Shown here piece by piece: positions 17,783 to 26,922 of a stretch of DNA of 40,790 nt (positions are counted from its first letter, which is position 1; every line of letters starts with the position of its first letter). The stretch lies in assembly GCA_035559535.1 (NCBI GenBank), contig DATMBG010000037.1, positions 196,475 through 237,264 of the forward strand, in the 5' to 3' direction. The position numbers and the translations under genes are program-made. The DNA comes from Candidatus Limnocylindrales bacterium (GTDB lineage Bacteria > Moduliflexota > Moduliflexia > Moduliflexales > JAUQPW01). The notes below the pieces were generated by a model. The model saw only the letters and a program-made list of their open reading frames with translations, had not been told where the DNA came from and ran no database searches.

Positions 17783-18664
17783 TTACGTTACATATAAAAA
17801 CCTGGCAATCTGCACGGCAGGAATCCACAGAGCTAGAACCAGTAAACCCAGGAGGAAGCCGGCAAATCCGGCTGTAAAGTAGGCGTCGAGTAGAATAATA
17901 GAGAGGACGAGGGTTTTAACGGCCGTTTTAATGTTGTCAGGGGTTGCTTCCAGCAGAACCCCTACTAACGGTCGAAGGGTTACGACAGTAAAGAGGATTA
18001 AGAAGATAAGAGGCGTAAAACCGGTCAGAATCCCTTTTAACCATATGTAAAAGCAACCCAGGATAACCAGTATAACCCCTATGGTAGCCAGTTGTTGCCC
18101 TCGCTGCTCTCCCCCTATTACCTCTCCCTTGCTGAGCGTCGTTATGGAGATGACATAGAGCATAACCAGGAAAGCAATGGTAATTTTAGAGGAAATTTGC
18201 CCGGGAATTATACTCATTCCTAATAAAACATTTAGAAAACGACAGCTACCCATATTAAGAGAGCCTAAAATCGGAATGTTTTTGGTAATCCCATCATAGG
18301 AGAGAATAGCACCCGTCAGAAGCACTGCAAAAACAAAACTTTGGATTCCTACAAATCCTGCAGAAAGAATCCCCAGGAGGATGGAGCCAATACCTATAAC
18401 CACAGCCGTACGAAGGCTGATTTGTCCAGAAGGAAGAGGGCGTTGGGGACGCTCTTTCAAGTCTACTTCGTAATCGAAACAGTCATTGAAGACAATTCCT
18501 GCCGTATAAAGAAAAGAGCTTGAAAGAAGGAGAAAGATCAGGTATTTGATCTGTCCTGGATGGAACTGTGTCGCTGCGAAGTATCCGGCAAAGATATCCG
18601 CCATAGCAGTGAAAACATTGGGGATCCGCATGAGTTGAAGATAAGGTTTCACAGTCTTTAACAT
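17783..18664 (-). CDS. eboC: UbiA-family prenyltransferase, EboC
   Basis: LMRIPNVFTAMADIFAG, NDCFDYEVDLKERPQRPLPSG, MGSCRFLNVLLG, IILLDA. Confidence 0.9.
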   Translation of the reverse strand: MLKTVKPYLQLMRIPNVFTAMADIFAGYFAATQFHPGQIKYLIFLLLSSSFLYTAGIVFNDCFDYEVDLKERPQRPLPSGQISLRTAVVIGIGSILLGILSAGFVGIQSFVFAVLLTGAILSYDGITKNIPILGSLNMGSCRFLNVLLGMSIIPGQISSKITIAFLVMLYVISITTLSKGEVIGGEQRGQQLATIGVILVILGCFYIWLKGILTGFTPLIFLILFTVVTLRPLVGVLLEATPDNIKTAVKTLVLSIILLDAYFTAGFAGFLLGLLVLALWIPAVQIARFLYVT

Positions 18665-18762
18665 AAAGTTTCCAAAACCCTGGTATCCTCTGTAGTTAAA
18701 AAACGAGAAAATACCAGGAAGGTGCCCAGGACATCAAAAAGATTTTTCAAGAACCTCTCAGA

Positions 18763-20091
18763 CTAGCTTCTGCAACGGAAACCCTTTTCTTCCAGAACCC
18801 TCCGAACATACTCTAATTCGTTTGCTATATTTGTACTAAGATCGCCAGTGCCTGTACCTGCTTTATGGGCGATCTGCTCGACCCACGTATAGGTTTCGAT
18901 AATGAGGGGAACTTCTTCCCCAAGGATTTTGGAGGAAGGGTTATCCCCAGGGTCTGGGAGAAAAATAAACTCCCTTAGAAAGTTTTTAAGTTCTTGAATA
19001 GTGGTCTGAATACCGGCCTGAGGGTTTTCAAATACGGGTACATGATAGTGGGTTCTCAGTTGTGTGACCCCTCGTCGAGCGAGTTCATTCTTTCCCTCTG
19101 GAGTAAAAAGATAAGGCAAATCCAGAGAAAAAATAACCGGTTTCCTTTCTGCATTAATACCTACCACCTGATGCAAAAACCTGGAGTTCATAAAGTATTT
19201 TTCAATGACCTCCATGTCTTCGACCTTCTTTAAGGGGTTATCAACTTGAATGGCATTGGAGACTTGTACCTTAAAAATTTTAATCCTGGATTGTTGAAGA
19301 AACTGAACAGATTGGATTAAATCCTCATATTGCACCAGTTGATGGCAGGTATCGAAGGTAACTCCCAGGAATTGGTGGATCACATTCTTAGCTTCTTCGA
19401 GACGTTTGGAATCCTTGGAGAAATCAGGTTCCTGGTTCGATCTTTGTCCGGCCAGAAATTCAGCTCCAACCCGATCCACGTAGTTTGTGAAAAACTCCCT
19501 GACTTCCGGTATGCGTTCATAGGTCAGGCCCGGTTCCGGTTCCATTCCGATTGCACATCGTTTTCCAGTTTTACGCTCTGTTTCATACGCGTGTAAAACA
19601 CACCGGGTCATATTGACGGCTATTTGGGAATGGATCTGATCTTTGTTGGTTTCTGTGAGATAGGTTTTGAGAATACCCCCGGGAACACTAAGAGAAACAA
19701 AGGTTTCATCTTCCGGAGCCAGAAAGGCTAAAATGTCGATACATGCCTTGGTAAAGGTGACCCGTTCTTCCCCCTCATGCCAGTTGGGCAGGTAAACCCT
19801 TTCCTTGACGTAACCTTCATGAAAAGTTAAAGGAACAAAGGCGTTGAGGGTAATTAAAGCCAGATTGTGTTGGAAGAGAAAATCTCGAAGTTCCTTTAAA
19901 ATTCGGTCACTACCGGCCAGTTCGTCTACGATTTTCTGGGATAACCTCAATTCGATATAAAATTTATCGTCTCCGAAAACCCTTTTCTTAATTTCCGGAA
20001 CTTTATTTTTGAGGACATCCCACATTCCATCTAGAGTTTCATAGGGAAAAGCATTCAGGGCATAGCCGAGTCGGCAGGTTCTTTGATGCAT
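18763..20091 (-). CDS. eboE: Xylose-isomerase-like TIM barrel metabolite traffic protein, EboE (divergent)
   Basis: TLNAF..FH...VKERVYLPNW, MEPEPG, FDTCH..V.YED, KVQVS, RFLHQV, RTHYHVPVF, IETYTW. Confidence 0.82.
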   Translation of the reverse strand: MHQRTCRLGYALNAFPYETLDGMWDVLKNKVPEIKKRVFGDDKFYIELRLSQKIVDELAGSDRILKELRDFLFQHNLALITLNAFVPLTFHEGYVKERVYLPNWHEGEERVTFTKACIDILAFLAPEDETFVSLSVPGGILKTYLTETNKDQIHSQIAVNMTRCVLHAYETERKTGKRCAIGMEPEPGLTYERIPEVREFFTNYVDRVGAEFLAGQRSNQEPDFSKDSKRLEEAKNVIHQFLGVTFDTCHQLVQYEDLIQSVQFLQQSRIKIFKVQVSNAIQVDNPLKKVEDMEVIEKYFMNSRFLHQVVGINAERKPVIFSLDLPYLFTPEGKNELARRGVTQLRTHYHVPVFENPQAGIQTTIQELKNFLREFIFLPDPGDNPSSKILGEEVPLIIETYTWVEQIAHKAGTGTGDLSTNIANELEYVRRVLEEKGFRCRS

Positions 20092-20200
20092 GTGCAGGAA
20101 TCTGGAAGCATAGGAATATAAGAAGAGGAAAGTAAGGGTTATCAGCCGATAATCCTTCTATTATATTCCGCACTCTCATATTCCGTATAGGGTTCCTGAA

Positions 20201-21109
20201 TTAGTCTTCTGTGGAAGGTTCTGTCTGGCCTGTCTGTCCTCGAAGAACAGAATTTCCTGCAAATAAAGTCTGCTGGTCAATGTTTTGAGGTACTAACCAG
20301 TCGGATTCTTTGATCTGTCCACTTTGACCATACGCTTCCAGGGCATTGGCATAGCAAATTTTATGTACATCTTTGGGTTCAATCCCACTCTCCAGCATGA
20401 GGCGGGCGACTTTAGGTACCGATAAAGGATCTGAATATCCCCAATCTGCACTGGAATCCACAATAATACGCTCACTGCCGTATTTACGAGCAATTTCCAC
20501 CATTCGGGCTTTACCCATTTTGGTTTTAGGATAGATGGTAAATGCCGCCCAAAACCCCCGTTCGAGAACCTCCTCAACGGTTTCTTCGTTATTATGATCG
20601 ATCACCACTTTCCTGGGATCAAGACCATGTTCCAGGGCTATTTCCATACTTCGCAGGGTACCTTGTTTTTTATCCCGATGGGGGGTATGGACCATGACGG
20701 GTAAATCCAATTCTCTGGCTAACTCCAATTGGGCTCGATAGTATTTCTCTTCCATGGGAGTTTGATCATCAAAGCCAATTTCACCTATTGCAATGACCCG
20801 CTCCTTGCAGGCAAAACCGGGTATGATTTCCAGTACTTCCTCGGCCAGGCGTTCATTATTAGCTTCTTTGGCATTGAGCCCGATGGCACAGTAATGCTGA
20901 ATGCCGTATTGGGATGCACGAAATCTTTCCCAGCCGATCAAACTGGAGAAATAATCGATAAAAGTACCTACGTTCGTTCGAGGCTGACCGAGCCAAAATG
21001 CAGGTTCTATCACCGCAACAACACCGGCTTGAGCCATCCGGACATAGTCATCGGTAGTCCTGGAGGTACAATGAATATGAGGATCAATGAATTTAAGTTC
21101 ATGTGCCAT
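20201..21109 (-). CDS. eboB: TatD-family hydrolase, EboB
   Basis: IDPHIHCTSRTTDDY, EPAFWLGQPR, GEIGFD, VHTPHRDK, IDHNNEET, DSSADWG.SDPL. Confidence 0.92.
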   Translation of the reverse strand: MAHELKFIDPHIHCTSRTTDDYVRMAQAGVVAVIEPAFWLGQPRTNVGTFIDYFSSLIGWERFRASQYGIQHYCAIGLNAKEANNERLAEEVLEIIPGFACKERVIAIGEIGFDDQTPMEEKYYRAQLELARELDLPVMVHTPHRDKKQGTLRSMEIALEHGLDPRKVVIDHNNEETVEEVLERGFWAAFTIYPKTKMGKARMVEIARKYGSERIIVDSSADWGYSDPLSVPKVARLMLESGIEPKDVHKICYANALEAYGQSGQIKESDWLVPQNIDQQTLFAGNSVLRGQTGQTEPSTED

Positions 21110-21944
21110 AATAGAGCTCCTTTAATGTTTCCCAGGTTGCACCCGGCGTCATGGGGGCAATCCTGTTTAATTGATCTAAATATTCTGAATAAGAAGGTAA
21201 ACGGGCATTGCGGCGTAGAAGTAGGTGGATGGCATCTCGGGTATGGCCGTGGGTTATCAAAAAGTAGTCGTAAATAGTTTTCCAATGGGATTCTTCTAGA
21301 TGACCCCCTATTGCCCTAAATAATTCATAATGGACTACCCGTTTGGCTGCAATTCGTTCCCGCATATAATCGATAAGCATTTGGGCCAGGCGAGGATTGG
21401 CCCTTTCATCTAAACCCTGAATGGGCCATAAGGGACTTTCGATGAATAACGCCTTGAGAACCATTTGATTAAAGGCAGGCTCCCGAAGACCGGTTCGTGT
21501 ATAAGGATTAAAATGGGCCAGGGACTCGAATACGGGTTTTATATTGGTACGAAGGGATTCGGTGGCAATGTCGTGGAGGGCATCAGAGCCTTTTAAGTAA
21601 GGTAAACTGTAATTTACAGCCCAACGTTCTTCAGCATCGGCAGTTATGAGGAGTTTCTGTAGTAAAGATATAAATTCTTTATCCAATACCTGTTCTGCAT
21701 AAAGCAATAATACCACACGAACTAGATCCAGAATACGCCAGTGATCGGGAATAATAAACCGATTTGCCTCCGTCAAGGTAAGGCGAGATTTTGGATAACG
21801 CCGGGAAGCCAGAGCAAACATACGGATAAACTGTGAGGGGTTTTCCAGGGTAATTGACGCTATATCCCGTGACCATTGAGCTTGACCCTTGGCATCCAGT
21901 AAGGACATCAGCCCCGTTTTGAACTTGTTTAATATCTCGGTCAT
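21099..21944 (-). CDS. eboA: EboA domain protein
   Basis: LRTNI..VFESLA..NPY, FNQMVLKALF, GLDERANPRLAQMLIDY..ER.AA.R.V. First gene of the ebo operon. Confidence 0.88.
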   Translation of the reverse strand: MTEILNKFKTGLMSLLDAKGQAQWSRDIASITLENPSQFIRMFALASRRYPKSRLTLTEANRFIIPDHWRILDLVRVVLLLYAEQVLDKEFISLLQKLLITADAEERWAVNYSLPYLKGSDALHDIATESLRTNIKPVFESLAHFNPYTRTGLREPAFNQMVLKALFIESPLWPIQGLDERANPRLAQMLIDYMRERIAAKRVVHYELFRAIGGHLEESHWKTIYDYFLITHGHTRDAIHLLLRRNARLPSYSEYLDQLNRIAPMTPGATWETLKELYYGT

Positions 21945-22074
21945 ACCTTCCAGAAATGAGAAGCTATTCTTTTTAAGGGATGGTTGACTTAAGATCAGTA
22001 TAGATGATTATTTAATTCCCCTCATTTTTTTGTCAAGGTAAATTTAGGATCACAAGCAGAAACAGGGTTCACTT

Positions 22075-23403
22075 TTAGTGTTCGTGATCTCCATGCCCAT
22101 GCTGTCCGCCAGATTCTTTATGACTACTGTGCGTGCCGGGTTCCTGTTTTGAGGTCTCTTGAGAATCCAGAGTCATCAGGTAGGCTGTGATAGCCGTAGC
22201 TTCTTCGTTAGAGAGGCGAAACCCTGGATGTCGGGCACCTGGATGGGGTTTGTATCCGGTTGGATAAGTCTGGATAGCCGTAGGATTCAGCAGGTAGTGG
22301 GTTAACCAGCTTTCATCGGGAACAAATTCTCTGATTCCTAAAAGGGGAGGTCCATTGGGTACTATATCCGGTGGAAATCCTCCGATCCTATGGCATCCGG
22401 TGCAATTTAAATTACCTATAAGCATCCGACCTTTCTCTGCCGTCGCTTTAGGGAACCGGGCTTTTGCCAGACTATAGCCATCGGTGGCTTCAGGCCCTAA
22501 ACTGAAAATATAATCCCTAAGGGCTGCAATTTGTTTCCATCTATTCCCCTCCAGGATATTTTCCGGTCCGGACTTTTCCTCCGGGAAATAGGTCGGCATT
22601 TTAGTACCGGGTTGAATCTTTTGAGGATCCAAAAGCCAGCGAACAACCCAATCTGGGTTGAGACGTTGCCGGGCTAGGGAGAGGTCAGGCGCCCATTCCT
22701 CGGGGCGGCCTTCCGGCTTTTTATCACCCTGCGGGTGGCATTTGAAACAGGCTAGATACTCCGGGCCGGCTAAACGTGCTCCGGCTTCTATACTCTCCTC
22801 CGTTGGATAACCGTTAAACTTAAGTTCTTTAGGAAGTGGAGAAGCCTTGGGATCTTTAAGCGTCATAAGATACTCGGTAATTGCCAGGGCTTCCTCATCT
22901 GAAAGCCTGAAGTCCGGCATTCTTTGTTGAATACCCGGACGCAAAGGATAGGGTTGCTTGAGAAAGGAAAATAACCAGGAGGCCTGGACCTTATCACCTT
23001 CAAAATAAAGCTCAGGAAAGTTATGGATATGACCGGTATGCCCATGCCTTGCCTCTACGAGATGGCATCCGGCACAATGTAACTGATCCACCAACTCTTT
23101 ACCCCGGACCTGAAGATTTGTAAGACCCCGGGTTGAGCTGTGGGCCTGTTCTTCAGTCTTATGGGGATGCCCTTCGTGAAGTTCCCGGGAGGAAGTCATA
23201 GGTTGTGGCTCGGTGGGTATTTCCTGCAGATGCCCGACTTCACCTTGATGTTCTTGGTGGGAAGAGGTTGGTTGTTGCGGCTGAAGTGGTGATCCCTGTT
23301 GAGGGGGGGTAGAATGAGGATGTTCCTCATCGGCCAAAAGTAACGATAAAAATCCCCAAATGAAAAAAGAAATCCCCAGGAGAATAAAAGACATTCGTTT
23401 CAT
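22075..23403 (-). CDS. Exported triheme cytochrome c with His-rich N- and C-terminal segments
   Basis: Signal peptide; CAGCH, CFKCH, CTGCH; RMPDF and KMPTY distal Met motifs; C-terminus QHGHGDHEH. Confidence 0.85.
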   Translation of the reverse strand: MKRMSFILLGISFFIWGFLSLLLADEEHPHSTPPQQGSPLQPQQPTSSHQEHQGEVGHLQEIPTEPQPMTSSRELHEGHPHKTEEQAHSSTRGLTNLQVRGKELVDQLHCAGCHLVEARHGHTGHIHNFPELYFEGDKVQASWLFSFLKQPYPLRPGIQQRMPDFRLSDEEALAITEYLMTLKDPKASPLPKELKFNGYPTEESIEAGARLAGPEYLACFKCHPQGDKKPEGRPEEWAPDLSLARQRLNPDWVVRWLLDPQKIQPGTKMPTYFPEEKSGPENILEGNRWKQIAALRDYIFSLGPEATDGYSLAKARFPKATAEKGRMLIGNLNCTGCHRIGGFPPDIVPNGPPLLGIREFVPDESWLTHYLLNPTAIQTYPTGYKPHPGARHPGFRLSNEEATAITAYLMTLDSQETSKQEPGTHSSHKESGGQHGHGDHEH

Positions 23404-23657
23404 AGGATTTTCTTTCTCTTTTATATAAGATAAGGAACGATAACCTTAAAATTGCAAATCAAATCTGGAAATTCCCTATCTATCAGAATTTTTCGAATTA
23501 AATGGATGTTACGATGTATGTTATGTTAGGGTGGTACTTACCTGTGAAGGCAAACCTTTCTAAGGTTTGCTTTTTAAATGGTAAGATTCACCACAGTTTT
23601 GACAAATTGGACTTGCGAAAGTTCCGATAAAATTTCTTTTGCAGTTCCCTGTATTTT

Positions 23658-24593
23658 TTACTTTGTTGGAGGGAAAGGAGGATAATAGGGAACCCCATAT
23701 TTGGCCATAATAGACTGAATCGTTCCGTTTTGGGTTAAAAGGGTCAGGGCTGCGTTGATAGCTTCTTCCAGATCTTTGTTAGTCTTATTCACACCCATCA
23801 CGACATTCCATCGAAGTTCTGGTTCTGGAACATAGCCTTCGGGAACTTTAATAGGCGCATCGGGATGTTGTTTAAGATACCAGCCGACTGCAGCGGCTGT
23901 GACGACTGCCGCTTGAATTTCCTTGTTGGCCATAGCCTCTATAATATCTTCTTGGGTCACATAAGGGGTTACGGTAAAACCCTTTTTATGGGTAAGGATA
24001 TAATGGGCCCACGAACCGGGTTCAATGCCTATCTTCAAATTTTTATCGAGGTCATCGATACTTTTTATCCCTTGAGCTTCTTTAGGAATCACCAATACAT
24101 TGCCGGTGCCATAGTAAGGCTTGCTTGTAAAGAAACGTCCCCGAGAGTTTTCTTCCTCATCTTCAGGTTGAATAACGCCCATCAAGAAGTCACATTCTGC
24201 GTAATCTCGAGGACGATAAGCCCGAAGATATTCGACTCTTATATTGATCCCCAGAATTTTCCCTACCTCCTTTCCAATCTCCAGTTCATAACCCGGCATG
24301 TCCAGATCCCGGCTGGAATAAGGTAAACTATTGGGACTCGCACAGAGATAAAAGGTTCGTTTCTGGCGGGTTTCTTTAGGGAGAGTTTCAGATTGAGAGG
24401 CAGGTAGCTGAGGTTGAGCCGGTTGAGCTTTTTCTACAACTTGAATGACCGGAGGATGAGGCAGCAGGAGTTCTTTAAAGGAGGAAGTTTCTATGGCACT
24501 TAAGAGCGAAGGGAACAAGGCCCAGGACAAAAAGCATCCTAAAAGGACACTCCCTATAGAAGGGAGTTTTTGCCTGATATCAGGGTATTGCAT
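23658..24593 (-). CDS. MxaJ/XoxJ-like periplasmic substrate-binding protein
   Basis: LCASPNSLPYS, GYELEI, CDFLMGV, TSKPYY, IMAKYGVP. Adjacent to a PQQ dehydrogenase. Confidence 0.82.
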   Translation of the reverse strand: MQYPDIRQKLPSIGSVLLGCFLSWALFPSLLSAIETSSFKELLLPHPPVIQVVEKAQPAQPQLPASQSETLPKETRQKRTFYLCASPNSLPYSSRDLDMPGYELEIGKEVGKILGINIRVEYLRAYRPRDYAECDFLMGVIQPEDEEENSRGRFFTSKPYYGTGNVLVIPKEAQGIKSIDDLDKNLKIGIEPGSWAHYILTHKKGFTVTPYVTQEDIIEAMANKEIQAAVVTAAAVGWYLKQHPDAPIKVPEGYVPEPELRWNVVMGVNKTNKDLEEAINAALTLLTQNGTIQSIMAKYGVPYYPPFPPTK

Positions 24594-24666
24594 AATTTAA
24601 CTTTCGTTTATTCCTTATAAAGGCCATAGGGTAACTTCTCTGAGTTGCCCTTCTTATCCTGTTTCT

Positions 24667-24784
24667 TATACCAATTTTTGGTTGAAACTGACCCTTAACT
24701 TTCCTGTTCCCTCTAAGCTTGTTGAAGGAAGAAAAGGAGAGGAACAAGATCGTTTAGGGCATATTTCAGTTTGAAACTGGTATT
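24667..24784. repeat. Imperfect inverted-repeat element (TACCAATTT ... AAACTGGTA ends)
   Basis: taccaatttttggttgaaactgacccttaac versus gtttagggcatatttcagtttgaaactggta. Confidence 0.4.
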
Positions 24785-24985
24785 ACGTGAAGTCATGTTA
24801 ATTACACCCCGTTCGTCCGGAGCAGGTTGAAGGGCGCAGGGGGTACAGGGAGGGGTTTCCCTGGCGGACATTTCAAAACAGAAAGGATGTTAACTGCAAA
24901 ACCCCTCTTTGCCGTTTAAAAAAGAAGAGGGAATAGAGTATAGAACTCCACCCCCTTTTGAGGACTACCCGGGTTAGACGTTAAA

Positions 24986-26686
24986 TTATCTTTTTAAACC
25001 ATAGATAAATAAGGTTGCACTGTTTTTCCAGTTTTCGGTCTCCGGCCAGAGTTGTGGATAGAGGCCGACCACTTTAGAACCCCATCCCGAGGGGATGGCC
25101 ACATACTGGATTCCTTTAACGGTATAGGTAACAGGTCCTCCGCGATGTCCCGAACCGGCGTTGAAGCTCCATAAGGTCTCTCCGGTGTCCTGATCCAGTG
25201 CTTTAGCGTTCCCTTCTGCATCCCCATAGAAAATGAGGCCTCCAGCAGTAGCCAGGAAGCTGCTGAGGGTAGGATATTTCTCTTTCACACGCCACTTGTT
25301 TTTACCGGTTAGAGGATCCCAGGCGTCTATATGTCCACCTGTTTCACCCTTTACTGCAGGTCTGGCAATCAGGTCTGCACTAAAAAAGGTTTGGGCCTGG
25401 GGTACTGTGATAGGGCTTTCTTTACGAACGGTAGTTTCCTGACACCACTCAATTCCGTTGGTAAACCAGATTCCCGTCTTGGGATTATAGGCCCCGGCGT
25501 TCCAGGATCTACCTCCTCCCGTAGAGGGACAGTTAAAGAATTTCTCTCCGAGTTTCGGAGCCCGGACGTTCAGGAGTCTTCCATTCTTATCTACACCACT
25601 AAACCAGTCCAGGTTGTCGATCATTGCAAAGCCACTGATATACTTTCCATTAGTTCGATCTAAAACATTCACCCAGCCTCCCTTATTGGGATGGACCAAA
25701 AGTTTTCTTCCATCTTTTGTATCAATCAAAACACTTTCCCAGGTGCTATCGAAATCTAAGGGATCGTGGGGATTTTCCTGGAAATACCACTTCAATTTCC
25801 CGGTATCGGGGTCCAGGGCCAGAATACTACTTGTGTAGAGGTTATCCCCGGGTCGGGCTTCCCCCCAGTCATAATCCGGGGCCGGGTTTGCGGTTCCCCA
25901 ATAAACCAGATTCAATTCAGGATCATAAGACCCTGTCATCCAGCCCCCTCCACCACCCGTCTTCCAGGAGTCACCTCCCCAGGTCTCACTGCCGGGTTCG
26001 TTCTTGCTTTTATCGGGGATGGTGTAGAACCGCCAGGCCTCTTTTCCATCTTTGAGATAGTAAGCTGCAATAAATCCCCGAATCGGCAGCTCTCCCCCGG
26101 TGGTCCCCACGATTACCTTGTCCTTTACAACCAGAGGGGCTCCGGTAATGTTATTCCCGTTTTTGGTCCAGTCATCAACCTGAGTCTTCCATACTTCTTT
26201 ACCATCCTCCATACTCAGCGCAACCAGATAACCATCAATGGTACCCATAAAAATTTTGCCGTCTCCAATGGCTACACCCCGATTGTAAGGAATAAAGAAG
26301 GTGTTGATTTCCTTGGGATATTTGTAGAAATAACTCCAGATGACCTTACAGGTGGAAGCATCCAAAGCGTAGACCCGATTCCAGGAGGTGGAGAGATAAA
26401 GAATCCCTTCATAGACAATGGGTGTTGCTTCTAAACCTTCATCGATGGCATTTCCTCCGGGTTGAAAGGCACAAACAGGAACCAGATCCTTAATGTTAGC
26501 TTTATTGATTTGATCCAGTTCACTATAACGCCAGGCAGCATAATTACCATGATAATGTAACCAATGATCTTTACCAGGGTTGAGAAGCTCTTGAGAGGTT
26601 GGTTTTCCCTCGGCACCAAAACTTATGGGTTCTAAAACTAAAACTCCGGCTATTAAATAGGCCATCAATTTGAGAACTTTATTCAC
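24986..26686 (-). CDS. PQQ-dependent dehydrogenase, methanol/ethanol family, with lanthanide-type D-x-D motif
   Basis: Signal peptide, RYSELDQIN, EATPIV, NRG, GGE, SYDPELNLVYWGTANPAP, WYFQENPHDPLDFD, Trp-docking repeats, PVTYTVKGIQYVAIPSGWG. RBS AAGGAGG with GTG start. Confidence 0.93.
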   Translation of the reverse strand: MNKVLKLMAYLIAGVLVLEPISFGAEGKPTSQELLNPGKDHWLHYHGNYAAWRYSELDQINKANIKDLVPVCAFQPGGNAIDEGLEATPIVYEGILYLSTSWNRVYALDASTCKVIWSYFYKYPKEINTFFIPYNRGVAIGDGKIFMGTIDGYLVALSMEDGKEVWKTQVDDWTKNGNNITGAPLVVKDKVIVGTTGGELPIRGFIAAYYLKDGKEAWRFYTIPDKSKNEPGSETWGGDSWKTGGGGGWMTGSYDPELNLVYWGTANPAPDYDWGEARPGDNLYTSSILALDPDTGKLKWYFQENPHDPLDFDSTWESVLIDTKDGRKLLVHPNKGGWVNVLDRTNGKYISGFAMIDNLDWFSGVDKNGRLLNVRAPKLGEKFFNCPSTGGGRSWNAGAYNPKTGIWFTNGIEWCQETTVRKESPITVPQAQTFFSADLIARPAVKGETGGHIDAWDPLTGKNKWRVKEKYPTLSSFLATAGGLIFYGDAEGNAKALDQDTGETLWSFNAGSGHRGGPVTYTVKGIQYVAIPSGWGSKVVGLYPQLWPETENWKNSATLFIYGLKR

Positions 26687-26809
26687 TGGTGATTCCTCCT
26701 TTATGGTTATTTAATCTATTCTATCTATTATAAAGATTACCTGCTTCTTACTCCAAGATTCCTAGCTTACCAGTCTCCCGTAATTTATAACCGCTCTATT
26801 TATCCTGAC

Positions 26810-26833
26810 AAGGTTAAATCGGGTTTTAACCTT
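26810..26833. promoter_or_regulatory. Perfect 9-6-9 inverted repeat, candidate operator upstream of the PQQ dehydrogenase operon
   Basis: AAGGTTAAA-tcgggt-TTTAACCTT abuts a minus-strand TTGTCA...TATAAA promoter-like pair. Confidence 0.4.
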
Positions 26834-26922
26834 AGAAGCTCCGTAGCCCGCGGTAGGCAGGAGCAAACAGGTCCTTTCTTAGCTTTGGTGGCAAGCGATC
26901 TATTCCAACAGGTTACTCCTCC

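Noticed and set aside
23404..23657. Possible c-di-GMP riboswitch (ggcaaacc...) or pqqA peptide in spacers of the PQQ locus
   Set aside because: Only a simple hairpin (gcaaacctt-tct-aaggtttgc) without the rest of the motif; no ExxxY peptide ORF recognised.
24986..26686. xoxF/mxaF/exaF gene symbol
   Set aside because: Missing vicinal Cys-Cys and divergent sequence; methanol or ethanol specificity cannot be supported.
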